From the sequence record MN445184: DNA of 64,000 bases. One strand, 5' to 3'. Both the position numbers and the translations under genes were made by a program. Of this stretch, positions 28,706 through 37,377 are shown one piece after another (position 1 is the stretch's first letter; every line of letters starts with the position of its first letter). Below the pieces are notes generated by a model that was not told the origin of the DNA, did not search any database, and was given only the letters and a program-made list of their open reading frames with translations. Source of the DNA: Escherichia phage vB_EcoA_4HA11.

Positions 28706-28821
28706 TAACGTTTCCTCTTAAATGGGATGATCAGGGCTATGATTAACAGCATAGCTGTGATCACTCCGCATGCGATAAGACCGAATGCAAATGCTTTCAA
28801 AACAAATTGTAAAAGAATCAT
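28705..28821 (-). CDS. unlisted 38-aa single-pass membrane peptide (MILLQFVLKAFAFGLIACGVITAMLLIIALIIPFKRKR)
   Basis: read by eye; GAGGAA RBS; start overlaps upstream stop (ATGA) and stop overlaps downstream ATG (TAATG); below 60-aa ORF cutoff. Confidence 0.4.
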   Translation of the reverse strand: MILLQFVLKAFAFGLIACGVITAMLLIIALIIPFKRKR

Positions 28822-30011
28822 AATTTCCTCAGTTTTGCCCTTGTAATCTGAGTTTGTTTAATACCTTTGAATTCGGTCAATTCTTTGACACGACCTCGAA
28901 TGATCATATCGCCTTCTAAAAACTCGGTTTCCATATAGGAAGTCTTCCATGTAATGGTATTGCCTTCCTTGGTTTTGAAAGTATACAGATACGTGTCACC
29001 ATAATCAGATGAATACAGGAAAATCCTTGCTTCAAATTTGACCTGTGCTTCTAACATTTCACCAACTTCACCAACCCAATTTGATACAGTGCGCGTTTGG
29101 CGGGGGGTGTGGATATAATCATAATACTTTGCTGCTCCCCAACGAACTGTTGTTGAGTCTTTAACAAGGTGATAACCAGGTTCGCACATACGTTTCAGCC
29201 GGACGTTGAAATCGTTATTTTCAGACAACGATGCGATGAAAAGCATCATATGATACATCTCTGATTGAGCATCTTCACGGGCTTTAACAGCCTTGTTATA
29301 GAATATATCAATGTCAGAACCTTTCTCCGGACGAGTACCGCTAGAGATATGACCAAGAACTCGACCAAAATCATCACTTTTAATGCTCAGGCCGGACAGC
29401 AAAACCTGAAAGCATTTACACAAATATCCTTCCGTGTCAACATAATCTGGTTCATTAACCCGATAAATTCCTTCTGGGTCATCTTCATCGGGGGTAAACA
29501 TTTCGTGAATAGACATGTAATAAGACATAACCGCATCAAGGGATTTCTGATGCGGGACATAATGATGCATACAGCTGCTACCCACGAGCATCTGTGCGCC
29601 AGATTGTTCGTTACGAACGACATATGTGTTATGACGACGCACAGATTTGTTGCAATGCTCGCACCAAGATACGTTTTCAGCTTCAAATCTTTGAACGAAA
29701 TTTGGGTGGATGTCATCTGACAGTTTATTCAGAATGACTTTTGGATACTGGTGGTTGAATTGTCCAATGATACTCCACCCACCATAAGAAACGGGGCGGT
29801 CGATGCCTTCACCAGTTAGAGTACAATCTTGCCACCAACGATAAAATTTTTCGCCAGTGATAGAATCGCGGTGTTGTGTTTTGTATGGTTCACTGAACTC
29901 AACAAGAGGGAACTCGAGTTTCAGGCGGTTTGCCGTTCTTTCAAGTTTGGCAAGACGTTCCTTGACACGACCAATGTTATCAATTGGGATGCTGAAGGTC
30001 TTGGCTTTCAT
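28818..30011 (-). CDS. hypothetical protein with Cys/His cluster
   Basis: 397 aa; WCEHCNKSVRRHN..SSCMHHYVPH. Confidence 0.5.
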   Translation of the reverse strand: MKAKTFSIPIDNIGRVKERLAKLERTANRLKLEFPLVEFSEPYKTQHRDSITGEKFYRWWQDCTLTGEGIDRPVSYGGWSIIGQFNHQYPKVILNKLSDDIHPNFVQRFEAENVSWCEHCNKSVRRHNTYVVRNEQSGAQMLVGSSCMHHYVPHQKSLDAVMSYYMSIHEMFTPDEDDPEGIYRVNEPDYVDTEGYLCKCFQVLLSGLSIKSDDFGRVLGHISSGTRPEKGSDIDIFYNKAVKAREDAQSEMYHMMLFIASLSENNDFNVRLKRMCEPGYHLVKDSTTVRWGAAKYYDYIHTPRQTRTVSNWVGEVGEMLEAQVKFEARIFLYSSDYGDTYLYTFKTKEGNTITWKTSYMETEFLEGDMIIRGRVKELTEFKGIKQTQITRAKLRKL

Positions 30012-30054
30012 TTTTGCCTCTCATGATGTAGTGAAACTTTTCAATGTAGGTTAA

Positions 30055-30100
30055 ATGATAGCCGCAAGTTTTATTGAAGTAAAGTTTTATTGAAGTAAAG
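30055..30100 (-). promoter_or_regulatory. early-type promoter with duplicated -35 box (2x CTTTAC) and TATCAT -10
   Basis: minus strand reads CTTTACTTCAATAAAA twice, then -10 about 18 nt downstream. Confidence 0.4.
30067..30098. repeat. perfect 16-bp tandem repeat x2 (AGTTTTATTGAAGTAA)
   Basis: direct inspection; lies between a hairpin (30097-30120) and the -10 element. Confidence 0.8.
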
Positions 30101-30128
30101 CCCAACAAATGTTGGGCTTTAACCGATA

Positions 30129-30431
30129 TTATTCATCCGTGCGATCAGGCGCGGCGTTAGGATACAGCGACTCATAAAGATCTTGGTATTTGGCGCTGGT
30201 CTCGATGGTCTTGGTATAAGTTCCACCAGCGCGATCGGTAACGACTTTGCGCAGATCAACGGCTTTGATGCCTGTTTCTTTTGCCAATTCAGCCAGGGCT
30301 TCGGTAACAAAGGTCTGTTCAGACTTGATACGGATCTGGGCGGCACGACAATTTTCTAAAGTCTGCATCATCTTTTGACGCAGTTTTGGATCAGAAGGGA
30401 GTTGATAAAAACCAATTTGTTCAACTGACAT
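30129..30431 (-). CDS. hypothetical protein
   Basis: 100-aa ORF; hairpin 30097-30120 downstream as terminator. Confidence 0.45.
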   Translation of the reverse strand: MSVEQIGFYQLPSDPKLRQKMMQTLENCRAAQIRIKSEQTFVTEALAELAKETGIKAVDLRKVVTDRAGGTYTKTIETSAKYQDLYESLYPNAAPDRTDE

Positions 30432-30443
30432 AATATATCCTCA

Positions 30444-30776
30444 TTAATGACGAGAACCGAGTGGACCGATACTAGTTCCCAAACGGCGCAGGAAGAAATA
30501 AACGATACTGTGAAAACCAAACTTAGGAATAATATCAACGCCTTCAACATTGTAATATTCCTGAGTGTTGGTCTGTACTGGCAATGGAAAAGACGGAAGA
30601 TCAAGCTGAACCAATTCACCTGGTTCGCAATGTATCTTGACATTCTTACCCCAATGCCGACGATTCTTATAAAATTCTAGAGTCTGCTCTGTAGTGAGTT
30701 TGAGACTGGTTTCTCCAGACTGGCACACCTGTTGTGCCGCCCGAATCAGGTCAGCTATAAATGCAACATCCGACAT
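30444..30776 (-). CDS. hypothetical protein
   Basis: 110-aa ORF; TATAAT on minus strand just upstream. Confidence 0.45.
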   Translation of the reverse strand: MSDVAFIADLIRAAQQVCQSGETSLKLTTEQTLEFYKNRRHWGKNVKIHCEPGELVQLDLPSFPLPVQTNTQEYYNVEGVDIIPKFGFHSIVYFFLRRLGTSIGPLGSRH

Positions 30777-30839
30777 GATGTGCTCCTGGGTTAATATTCA
30801 GATCATAGAGATTATACCCTATGATCACCATTATTGAAG

Positions 30840-32192
30840 TTAACCGAAATTCCAATTATTCACGGTCTCGGCTTTCTTGACATCATTTACGTCGCCTGTT
30901 TTGTTTAAGTCATGTTTGATATGAACATTCTCAACATAACGGGCTTCCTCTTCTGTCAGGTCTCGCTTGACTTCATTCCAATCCAAGTCAAACAATATCT
31001 GTTTATCTTGATCCATACCGAACAAGAACGATTTGAGTTTCTGTTTATTGGCATAACGGTTTTTCAAGATAGACGCTCGGGCTTTCTTAACAGCCGCCAG
31101 TTCATCAGGGGCATAGAACGCCATGATGAAGTCTGCAACCTTCGGAATACCGATAGCATCTGCCAGGTCGCTAATATCACCATCAGTCGCCGATTGTTTT
31201 TCACGGTTAAATTGCATACCTGTCCATACAGGGCAATCAAATTCAAATCCAAGCGCACGGAATTCACGCGCCACCGACGTATAATACACGTTGGTGTTCT
31301 GCATTAAATGGGCAGGAAGGCGAGAAGACGCTGATTCACCCAAGTAGTCTATAATAATGACGTCCGGCGTAATTCCCGTGGATGTCGCGTAATCAAGGAT
31401 ATCGCGGCGATACAGTCCTGTATGCCCAGCGCCTGAAGGATATTCCTTGATAACAATATCACCCTTCATGGAACCGTCTTGACGGGTTCGCAACTTTTGT
31501 ATCGTAGCGACATATTCATGTCGTGAGAGCTTCTCTAAGGACTCGAAGTCCCTGCGCATCATACGGGCATCAAGGCGGTGACGCCAGACGTTCTCAGCCA
31601 CTTCTAGGGTAAATACGAATACGTTCAACCCTTGCTCGGAGTAACCAGCAGCCAAATCAATCAGAGTTGTTGTCTTACCCGCATTAATTGCACCCGTCAC
31701 GATGTTCAGCGTTTTCTTACCAACACCACCACGAGTCGCTTTGTTGAATATCTCTACAGCGAAAGGAATCTTCGCTTCATTAGAGTTCATGTGGTCGTAT
31801 TGTTGTTCAGCCATTTCCCAATAGATATGGCCAAGATAAGAATCAAAACTTATCGCCAACGCCTCTTGTAGGAGAGTTGGAATCGTGTTCATCTCATCTT
31901 TACGTTTCTCATCACCATAGATGTTGACGGCGTGTTTGATCGCATTATGAACAGCTTTCTGCCGCGCCCAACTTTCTGTTTCTTTTACAAGCCATTCCTG
32001 ATGGAATGTGTTGTCATTGATATTCTCAAGAGCAGAAATAGCTTGTTCAAATACGTGTTCGTTGAGCGAAGTCTTTTCCAGCATAATAGACAACGCTTCA
32101 ACCGAAGGACGAGCATTATATTCGCAAGTGTAATGGTCAATGAGACCGAATATAATTTTCTCGCCTTCGTTATCGAAATAATCGGCTTTCAA
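30840..32192 (-). CDS. DnaB-like replicative helicase gp41, main body (N-terminus displaced by tandem duplication)
   Basis: Walker A GAINAGKTT; ORF begins at a non-ATG codon inside the duplicated segment. Confidence 0.8.
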   Translation of the reverse strand: MKADYFDNEGEKIIFGLIDHYTCEYNARPSVEALSIMLEKTSLNEHVFEQAISALENINDNTFHQEWLVKETESWARQKAVHNAIKHAVNIYGDEKRKDEMNTIPTLLQEALAISFDSYLGHIYWEMAEQQYDHMNSNEAKIPFAVEIFNKATRGGVGKKTLNIVTGAINAGKTTTLIDLAAGYSEQGLNVFVFTLEVAENVWRHRLDARMMRRDFESLEKLSRHEYVATIQKLRTRQDGSMKGDIVIKEYPSGAGHTGLYRRDILDYATSTGITPDVIIIDYLGESASSRLPAHLMQNTNVYYTSVAREFRALGFEFDCPVWTGMQFNREKQSATDGDISDLADAIGIPKVADFIMAFYAPDELAAVKKARASILKNRYANKQKLKSFLFGMDQDKQILFDLDWNEVKRDLTEEEARYVENVHIKHDLNKTGDVNDVKKAETVNNWNFG

Positions 32193-32201
32193 ATACGGCT
32201 G
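31885..32201. repeat. 317-bp direct repeat, copy 1 (inside helicase gene)
   Basis: identical to 32202..32518 by inspection. Confidence 0.8.
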
Positions 32202-32587
32202 GTGTTCATCTCATCTTTACGTTTCTCATCACCATAGATGTTGACGGCGTGTTTGATCGCATTATGAACAGCTTTCTGCCGCGCCCAACTTTCTGTTTCT
32301 TTTACAAGCCATTCCTGATGGAATGTGTTGTCATTGATATTCTCAAGAGCAGAAATAGCTTGTTCAAATACGTGTTCGTTGAGCGAAGTCTTTTCCAGCA
32401 TAATAGACAACGCTTCAACCGAAGGACGAGCATTATATTCGCAAGTGTAATGGTCAATGAGACCGAATATAATTTTCTCGCCTTCGTTATCGAAATAATC
32501 GGCTTTCAAATACGGCTGGATCTTTCTTTGATATTCTTCGTTATAGATTAATTGGGAAAGCACGACAGATTCGAGTAACATTGGCAA
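32189..32587 (-). pseudogene. gp41 helicase N-terminal fragment (true start plus first copy of duplicated segment, ends 3 codons after junction)
   Basis: residues KADYFDN..KDEMNT identical to start of main ORF, then SRI-stop. Confidence 0.7.
32202..32518. repeat. 317-bp direct repeat, copy 2 (perfect tandem)
   Basis: identical to 31885..32201; period not a multiple of 3. Confidence 0.8.
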
Positions 32588-32917
32588 CTACCCCACCAAA
32601 ATTTTGTTGTAATCCTGAGCATTTTGCTGTATCAGATCAACTAAGATATCCCCAGACACCACAGTGAACAAGTCATTTTCTTTCAAATTAACAAATAACA
32701 AACGCCATGGTTTCTTCAATATATCTGTTGTAAAGGATAACCGAGGCTCTCCATTATCTAAATGGACACCCACTTTCCCTATACGAAATTGAACACCGCG
32801 GAACTTGCCTTCCGTTATTTCGATAATAGCTAACTGATCAGAACCAGGGTCGATGATTTTGTAATTAACGGGGGAGTCTCCTCCCCCTGCAATATTACTC
32901 GGTTGTTTTGATGACAT
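32588..32917 (-). CDS. hypothetical protein (occupies the gene-40 position between gp41 and uvsX)
   Basis: 109-aa ORF; assignment by position only. Confidence 0.35.
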   Translation of the reverse strand: MSSKQPSNIAGGGDSPVNYKIIDPGSDQLAIIEITEGKFRGVQFRIGKVGVHLDNGEPRLSFTTDILKKPWRLLFVNLKENDLFTVVSGDILVDLIQQNAQDYNKILVG

Positions 32918-33980
32918 TATCGAGGCGCTCCAGCATATCTGCAGGCATAACCGAACTCTGAGAGATACCGAACATGTTGTTCACATCGTCAACAAAGTCT
33001 GGGTTTTCCAGCAACGGATACCAGAAGTCATCCCCCAGCTCTGCCTTACGATATTTCTTTTCTTTTTCTGGATCAAACCCGCCTTTGGCAGTACGTTGAT
33101 ACCAAGAACCACTCACCAAATCCACATACCCCAGCATGCGCGCAATTTCTAACATACCGGACCAACGGTCAATACCGCCTTCATACAACACAGTGACAGG
33201 GAACTTGGCTTTTTCACGGACAAAGCGGCCTTTCATAATGTTGACTGTAAACTGCCATCCCAAAAGGTCTTTGTCTTCTTTTACTTGAGAACGCGTGATG
33301 AACCACAATTGGTTAGAAGACAGGAACCCCTGTTTACCGCCTTTGATGTTCGGCTCGGCGTATTGGTTCCCGATTTCATCATAGTACGAGTTGATCCATA
33401 CCAAAACGAATTTCTTTTCAGTGACCAACGGGGTGATAACACGCCAAAAACTATTGAGAGCGCGAGCGCGGGTCATATCTTGTGTGTCTTTGCCCGCGAT
33501 GGCATCATCAACTTCTTTGGTAGACGGCAACTGGCTGATTGAGTCAATGAATACGATGATCTTGTCACCTTTCTGAGCATCATTCAGAAGCTGTGTCAGT
33601 TTGATCTTCGTCTTTTCAACGTTTTCAATCGGCAGATACAAGACACGGTCCATGTCAATACCCATAGATGTCCAGTAGTTTTCATTCGCACCGCCTTCTG
33701 AATCCGCGAAGATACAAATTGCATCAGGAAACTTATCCATGTAAGCCTTAACATCCACCAGCCCAAACATGGTTTTGAATGTACGAGAATCCCCCACCAA
33801 CTGTTTGATGCCTGATATCAGACCACCATCAATACGACCGGACCAGGCCAAATTCAGAATAGGAATACCCGTACTGCAAATAATGTCAGGCTTCAGCGCA
33901 TCGGTCTTTGACAGCACTTCGGCATTCGGGTCCAGTTTCTTTGCTGTCTTGAGCATGCGAGCCATCAATGAATCGGCCAT
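32895..33980 (-). CDS. uvsX: UvsX RecA-like recombinase
   Basis: 361 aa; RecA-fold pattern; adjacent to gp41 as in T4. Confidence 0.8.
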   Translation of the reverse strand: MADSLMARMLKTAKKLDPNAEVLSKTDALKPDIICSTGIPILNLAWSGRIDGGLISGIKQLVGDSRTFKTMFGLVDVKAYMDKFPDAICIFADSEGGANENYWTSMGIDMDRVLYLPIENVEKTKIKLTQLLNDAQKGDKIIVFIDSISQLPSTKEVDDAIAGKDTQDMTRARALNSFWRVITPLVTEKKFVLVWINSYYDEIGNQYAEPNIKGGKQGFLSSNQLWFITRSQVKEDKDLLGWQFTVNIMKGRFVREKAKFPVTVLYEGGIDRWSGMLEIARMLGYVDLVSGSWYQRTAKGGFDPEKEKKYRKAELGDDFWYPLLENPDFVDDVNNMFGISQSSVMPADMLERLDNVIKTTE

Positions 33981-34495
33981 TTCGTTTCCTCTTGCTTGTT
34001 GATCGTAATTAATAAATCGGTGCCCAAGACTTTCTTGGACAATATATTGATTGCTTCGTGAATCGCCATTATTGACGGGAGTTTTTCATCGTTAATTTCG
34101 GAACCCCCGCGTTCTGTTAAATACATATTACGCAGACGATTGTGCTGTGCCCTGTTGACACAAGAAACATTCAATGCGATATTCAGGATATACATCATTT
34201 GTTCAGTTGTAACATCCTTTGGAATAGCATGAACATAATATATCGCATCTTCAAAATAGATATGCTGCAATGACTCTGGAATTTCTTCCCCGCCAAAAGC
34301 AAAATCTTCAATGCGTTTAAAAAGTGTTTCCGGCTCTGGTGTTGTAATATGTTGTGTTACAGTAGCCGCACCATTTGGCCCTTTCTTGAAATTGGTCGCA
34401 ATAACGACATGACCGCCTGGTTTAATAAACTCAGCGAAGTTCTCTGCCATGTACGGGGCATGTTCCGCATAATATGATACGACGACTGTAAACAT
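33965..34495 (-). CDS. hypothetical protein (occupies position of T4 beta-glucosyltransferase; no glycosyltransferase motif seen)
   Basis: 176-aa ORF; FIKPGGHVVIA motif of unclear significance. Confidence 0.4.
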   Translation of the reverse strand: MFTVVVSYYAEHAPYMAENFAEFIKPGGHVVIATNFKKGPNGAATVTQHITTPEPETLFKRIEDFAFGGEEIPESLQHIYFEDAIYYVHAIPKDVTTEQMMYILNIALNVSCVNRAQHNRLRNMYLTERGGSEINDEKLPSIMAIHEAINILSKKVLGTDLLITINKQEETKWPIH

Positions 34496-35040
34496 TAGAA
34501 CTCCAGAGTCAGAGGGGTTTCGGCAGACTTGTCATAGTTCGCACCGCCAGCAGCACGTAGACGATTGCGATCGTTCTTGCGCTTGTGCGCCAGCATGTAG
34601 GTTTCGGCATCCAGTCCCAAATAACCACAAGCATACGCAAGGAAAGCAGCCAGCACATTGCGCTCTGGATGAGACATAAAATGCGTAAACAGATTTGTCA
34701 CATGGAGGAAATCTGGCTTTCTCTGAATAGGTTGGTCAGACACATAACCCGTCATGTCGTACATATCATGCGGCTCTGCTTCTTTTTGTATAACGGCACA
34801 CAGCATGAAGTGGACAACATCGACCAATTCATAGACTGCATTAACTTGGTGCCATTGCTGATCATTTCCATAGATCTTCCAACTGGTCGAAACTTCATCA
34901 AGAAATTCCGCCCACTCGCGGTAGATGGAATTCGCCACCGCTACATCGGTCCAATACTTCTTCCACTCTTCCCCAAAATAGGCCACGTTGGTGGCCTTTT
35001 GAAGTTCGAGCAGATTTTTGATATGCTCTGCTGTGATCAT
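34495..35040 (-). CDS. all-alpha (MazG-like) dNTP pyrophosphatase, gp56 dCTPase/dUTPase-like
   Basis: 181 aa; helical, acidic metal-binding-like segments and C-terminal KRKNDRNRLR pattern similar to recalled T4 gp56. Confidence 0.45.
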   Translation of the reverse strand: MITAEHIKNLLELQKATNVAYFGEEWKKYWTDVAVANSIYREWAEFLDEVSTSWKIYGNDQQWHQVNAVYELVDVVHFMLCAVIQKEAEPHDMYDMTGYVSDQPIQRKPDFLHVTNLFTHFMSHPERNVLAAFLAYACGYLGLDAETYMLAHKRKNDRNRLRAAGGANYDKSAETPLTLEF

Positions 35041-35621
35041 TTCCGATCCCTATAAAATTTGACGAATGGTTGCCAACCTTCAAATGGGTTAACAAATTCA
35101 TAATCAACTTCCATCTTATCAATGAAAGCCTCAATGTCATCCTCTATGATACCACCGCGATCCGCCTTTGAAATGCGGGTGATGGGACATTTAGTGCTCA
35201 GCGCCCATTCATATTCCTGAGGGGTGCGCAAATCACTCACGATATAATGAACGTGTGGGTTCTGCTCCACCAAAGGAAGTTGATATCGTTTAAAGAATGA
35301 CAGGAACAGGTCTGGTTGTACATAACGCAAGCCCGTATCGCTGCCCAGATGAAGCCAGATCTGCCGTGGGGTTAAGCCCTTGGGGTTATCAGGGTGTACG
35401 AATGGAACGTCCTTCACAGCATCCTCCACCTCCGCTGGTAGCCATGGGTAGATGAAATTGGCGACACGTCGCAGTTCATCTGAGAAAGACAGACGACGAA
35501 TATCCTTATCACCCTGAATATGATGAAAACTGATCAGGGACTCCAAACAGAAGTCCTTGCCGGAGCGCTTGCGCCCCGTGAAGAATTCAAGGTTCTGGTA
35601 CATCATTCGCCATACCCCCAC
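35037..35621 (-). CDS. deoxynucleoside monophosphate kinase (gp1-like)
   Basis: N-terminal GRKRSGKD matches T4 gp1 GVKRSGKD P-loop. Confidence 0.6.
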   Translation of the reverse strand: MGVWRMMYQNLEFFTGRKRSGKDFCLESLISFHHIQGDKDIRRLSFSDELRRVANFIYPWLPAEVEDAVKDVPFVHPDNPKGLTPRQIWLHLGSDTGLRYVQPDLFLSFFKRYQLPLVEQNPHVHYIVSDLRTPQEYEWALSTKCPITRISKADRGGIIEDDIEAFIDKMEVDYEFVNPFEGWQPFVKFYRDRK

Positions 35622-36646
35622 ATAAATTTCTGATCAACAGGGGAATGCAGTAATGCAGTACGAAGACCGTCATCAGCGATACGGCGTTTGTCAATTTTGG
35701 TATCATTGAGGCGACACCACAGGCAATATGACATATCCATCATCAATCCCGTGTCTGCTTGATATCCTTTCAGATGTTCTCTGATTTTACCAAAATCACT
35801 GCCGATGTCACAGTGATGTAACACGCCGAGGAATAGATTACAAATATCTTTTTGCGACTTCACTTTTTCTGAAGAGAATTCCAGCAAAGAATTGTACATC
35901 CCAGAAGAAGTTTTGGTCTTCTTAGTGATACCCCCGAGTTGTTTCCGACTAACTTCATTGTTGTAATAATGAAGATTGTTAGAAAACAGTTTGTAATACC
36001 CAACTTCGACATTCAGCACTTTCGCCAGAACTTCTTGCAGGATAGAGAATTCAATGAAATTGATTGAACTCATGCCCCACAAGACATCTTGGCTGCGGTT
36101 AATGACAGTGATATTCAATCGCCCTTCTGTTATACTGAACAATAGAGCAAGATTACAGATCATGTCCTTGGTCTTGGCTTCTCCAGTTTCACTATGGGCG
36201 GCCAAACCTTCATCTGAGTCCAGCGCCGGATCATAGATGGTGAGATACGCCTGACGGGTGTTGGGATTATTACGCAGACGGCTGATGACACTATCCAACT
36301 GGCCATTATTGTACAGACGTGGGCCATACGCGCCTCGCCAGGTTACACCGTCATCAGAGAAGTTGGCGGCGCGGGGTAAGACTTTCGAAAGGAAACGGAT
36401 ATCATTACGTCCGGACAACACCCAGAATGTCTCACCGATGGCAGCAATTGCCGACGAGTTGCGGCCTTCAACGGAAAGCCAACGGTCACGTGGATCTGAT
36501 ACTGTAATTGTTACACCATCAATGAAACGAGTGCCGTCAGTGTTAATCTCTGCGTTGCCAGGATCTGACTCAATGCCGTGTTCACGGATGGCCAACACAG
36601 CCTTCTTCAGCATATCATTATTGTTTAAAGCAAAAATTTCCATCAA
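35603..36646 (-). CDS. thymidylate synthase-fold deoxypyrimidylate hydroxymethylase (gp42-like, unusually long)
   Basis: 347 aa; NRSQDVLWGMSSINFIEF matches TS-family block QRSxDxxLGxPFNIASY; candidate catalytic Cys in DMICNLA; no LPPCH motif; YLTIYDP resembles gp42 IMIYTRP. Confidence 0.6.
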   Translation of the reverse strand: MMEIFALNNNDMLKKAVLAIREHGIESDPGNAEINTDGTRFIDGVTITVSDPRDRWLSVEGRNSSAIAAIGETFWVLSGRNDIRFLSKVLPRAANFSDDGVTWRGAYGPRLYNNGQLDSVISRLRNNPNTRQAYLTIYDPALDSDEGLAAHSETGEAKTKDMICNLALLFSITEGRLNITVINRSQDVLWGMSSINFIEFSILQEVLAKVLNVEVGYYKLFSNNLHYYNNEVSRKQLGGITKKTKTSSGMYNSLLEFSSEKVKSQKDICNLFLGVLHHCDIGSDFGKIREHLKGYQADTGLMMDMSYCLWCRLNDTKIDKRRIADDGLRTALLHSPVDQKFMWGYGE

Positions 36647-37317
36647 TCAATACTCCCAAAATCACGATTGAGAAACGCAAAAACAGCCTGCTCTATAGTC
36701 AGGCCATTGGACTTCATCATACCTGCGGGAACGGTAGGGAACAAGCCTTTATGCCGTTGGCGGTGGTCATGAACTCTCTCCCACTTTTCGACAACCAGGC
36801 TTTCATTGAAGTCTGCGCCGCCGTTGCGTGATTTCACACGGGAAACACAGGTTTCAAGCGGGGTGTCCATGAAGAGCACGACTAATTCGCGCGGTGGGCG
36901 CGTCAGGCGGGGAATCCATGAGCTGAGCAAAGTTGAAGGGATGATTCCTTCAAACAACACGTCATATTTCAGATATTCCGGCTGATCAGCAATGGACAAG
37001 GCGAACAACATCTGCTCGGTATCTTTCAGGGAATCAACACCTTTAGACTTAGACTTGTCATATTTACCAATACAGATAATGTTATAGGAAGGGCAAACTG
37101 TGAGCATGATCTTGCCATTGTAGGTCACGACATACGCCTGAGGATCATTCTCCGCCAGATAGGAAGGGACAGTGGACTTGCCGCTACCGTTGGAGCCTTT
37201 AACGTAATACAACTCTCCTCGTGCCGGATATTCCCCTTCGACAGCAGGTGGTTTTACAAATAGATGTACGGGGCGCTTCAACAACCCTTTGAGCGAATAC
37301 GACATGGTGTGCTCCAA
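36643..37317 (-). CDS. P-loop kinase (candidate 5-hydroxymethyl-pyrimidine DNA kinase or extra nucleotide kinase)
   Basis: 224 aa; Walker A GSNGSGKST; translationally coupled to hydroxymethylase gene. Confidence 0.55.
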   Translation of the reverse strand: MEHTMSYSLKGLLKRPVHLFVKPPAVEGEYPARGELYYVKGSNGSGKSTVPSYLAENDPQAYVVTYNGKIMLTVCPSYNIICIGKYDKSKSKGVDSLKDTEQMLFALSIADQPEYLKYDVLFEGIIPSTLLSSWIPRLTRPPRELVVLFMDTPLETCVSRVKSRNGGADFNESLVVEKWERVHDHRQRHKGLFPTVPAGMMKSNGLTIEQAVFAFLNRDFGSID

Positions 37318-37377
37318 TAAACAAAAGGAGCTGCTATTATAGCAGCCCCTTCATCTATTGAATGCTTCTGAATTAAA

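Noticed and set aside
28818-30011. 397-aa Cys/His ORF next to gp41 as the DNA primase
   Set aside because: A much better gp61-like primase (FRCPLCGDSKKS, VEGPIDSLF) is at 56411-57475; this ORF lacks the TOPRIM-like blocks.
30067-30098. CRISPR-like repeat array
   Set aside because: Only two 16-bp units in direct tandem with no spacers; it coincides with a promoter -35 box.
33965-34495. Beta-glucosyltransferase or SAM-dependent methyltransferase
   Set aside because: Only 176 aa with no glycosyltransferase fold signature; the KPGG motif lies too near the N-terminus for a complete methyltransferase fold.
35603-36646. Canonical thymidylate synthase (td)
   Set aside because: TS-fold block is present, but the LPPCH active-site context and the usual N-terminal GTGT block are absent; the Cys context and YLTIYDP block look more like gp42-type hydroxymethylases. 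Not fully excluded without a profile search.
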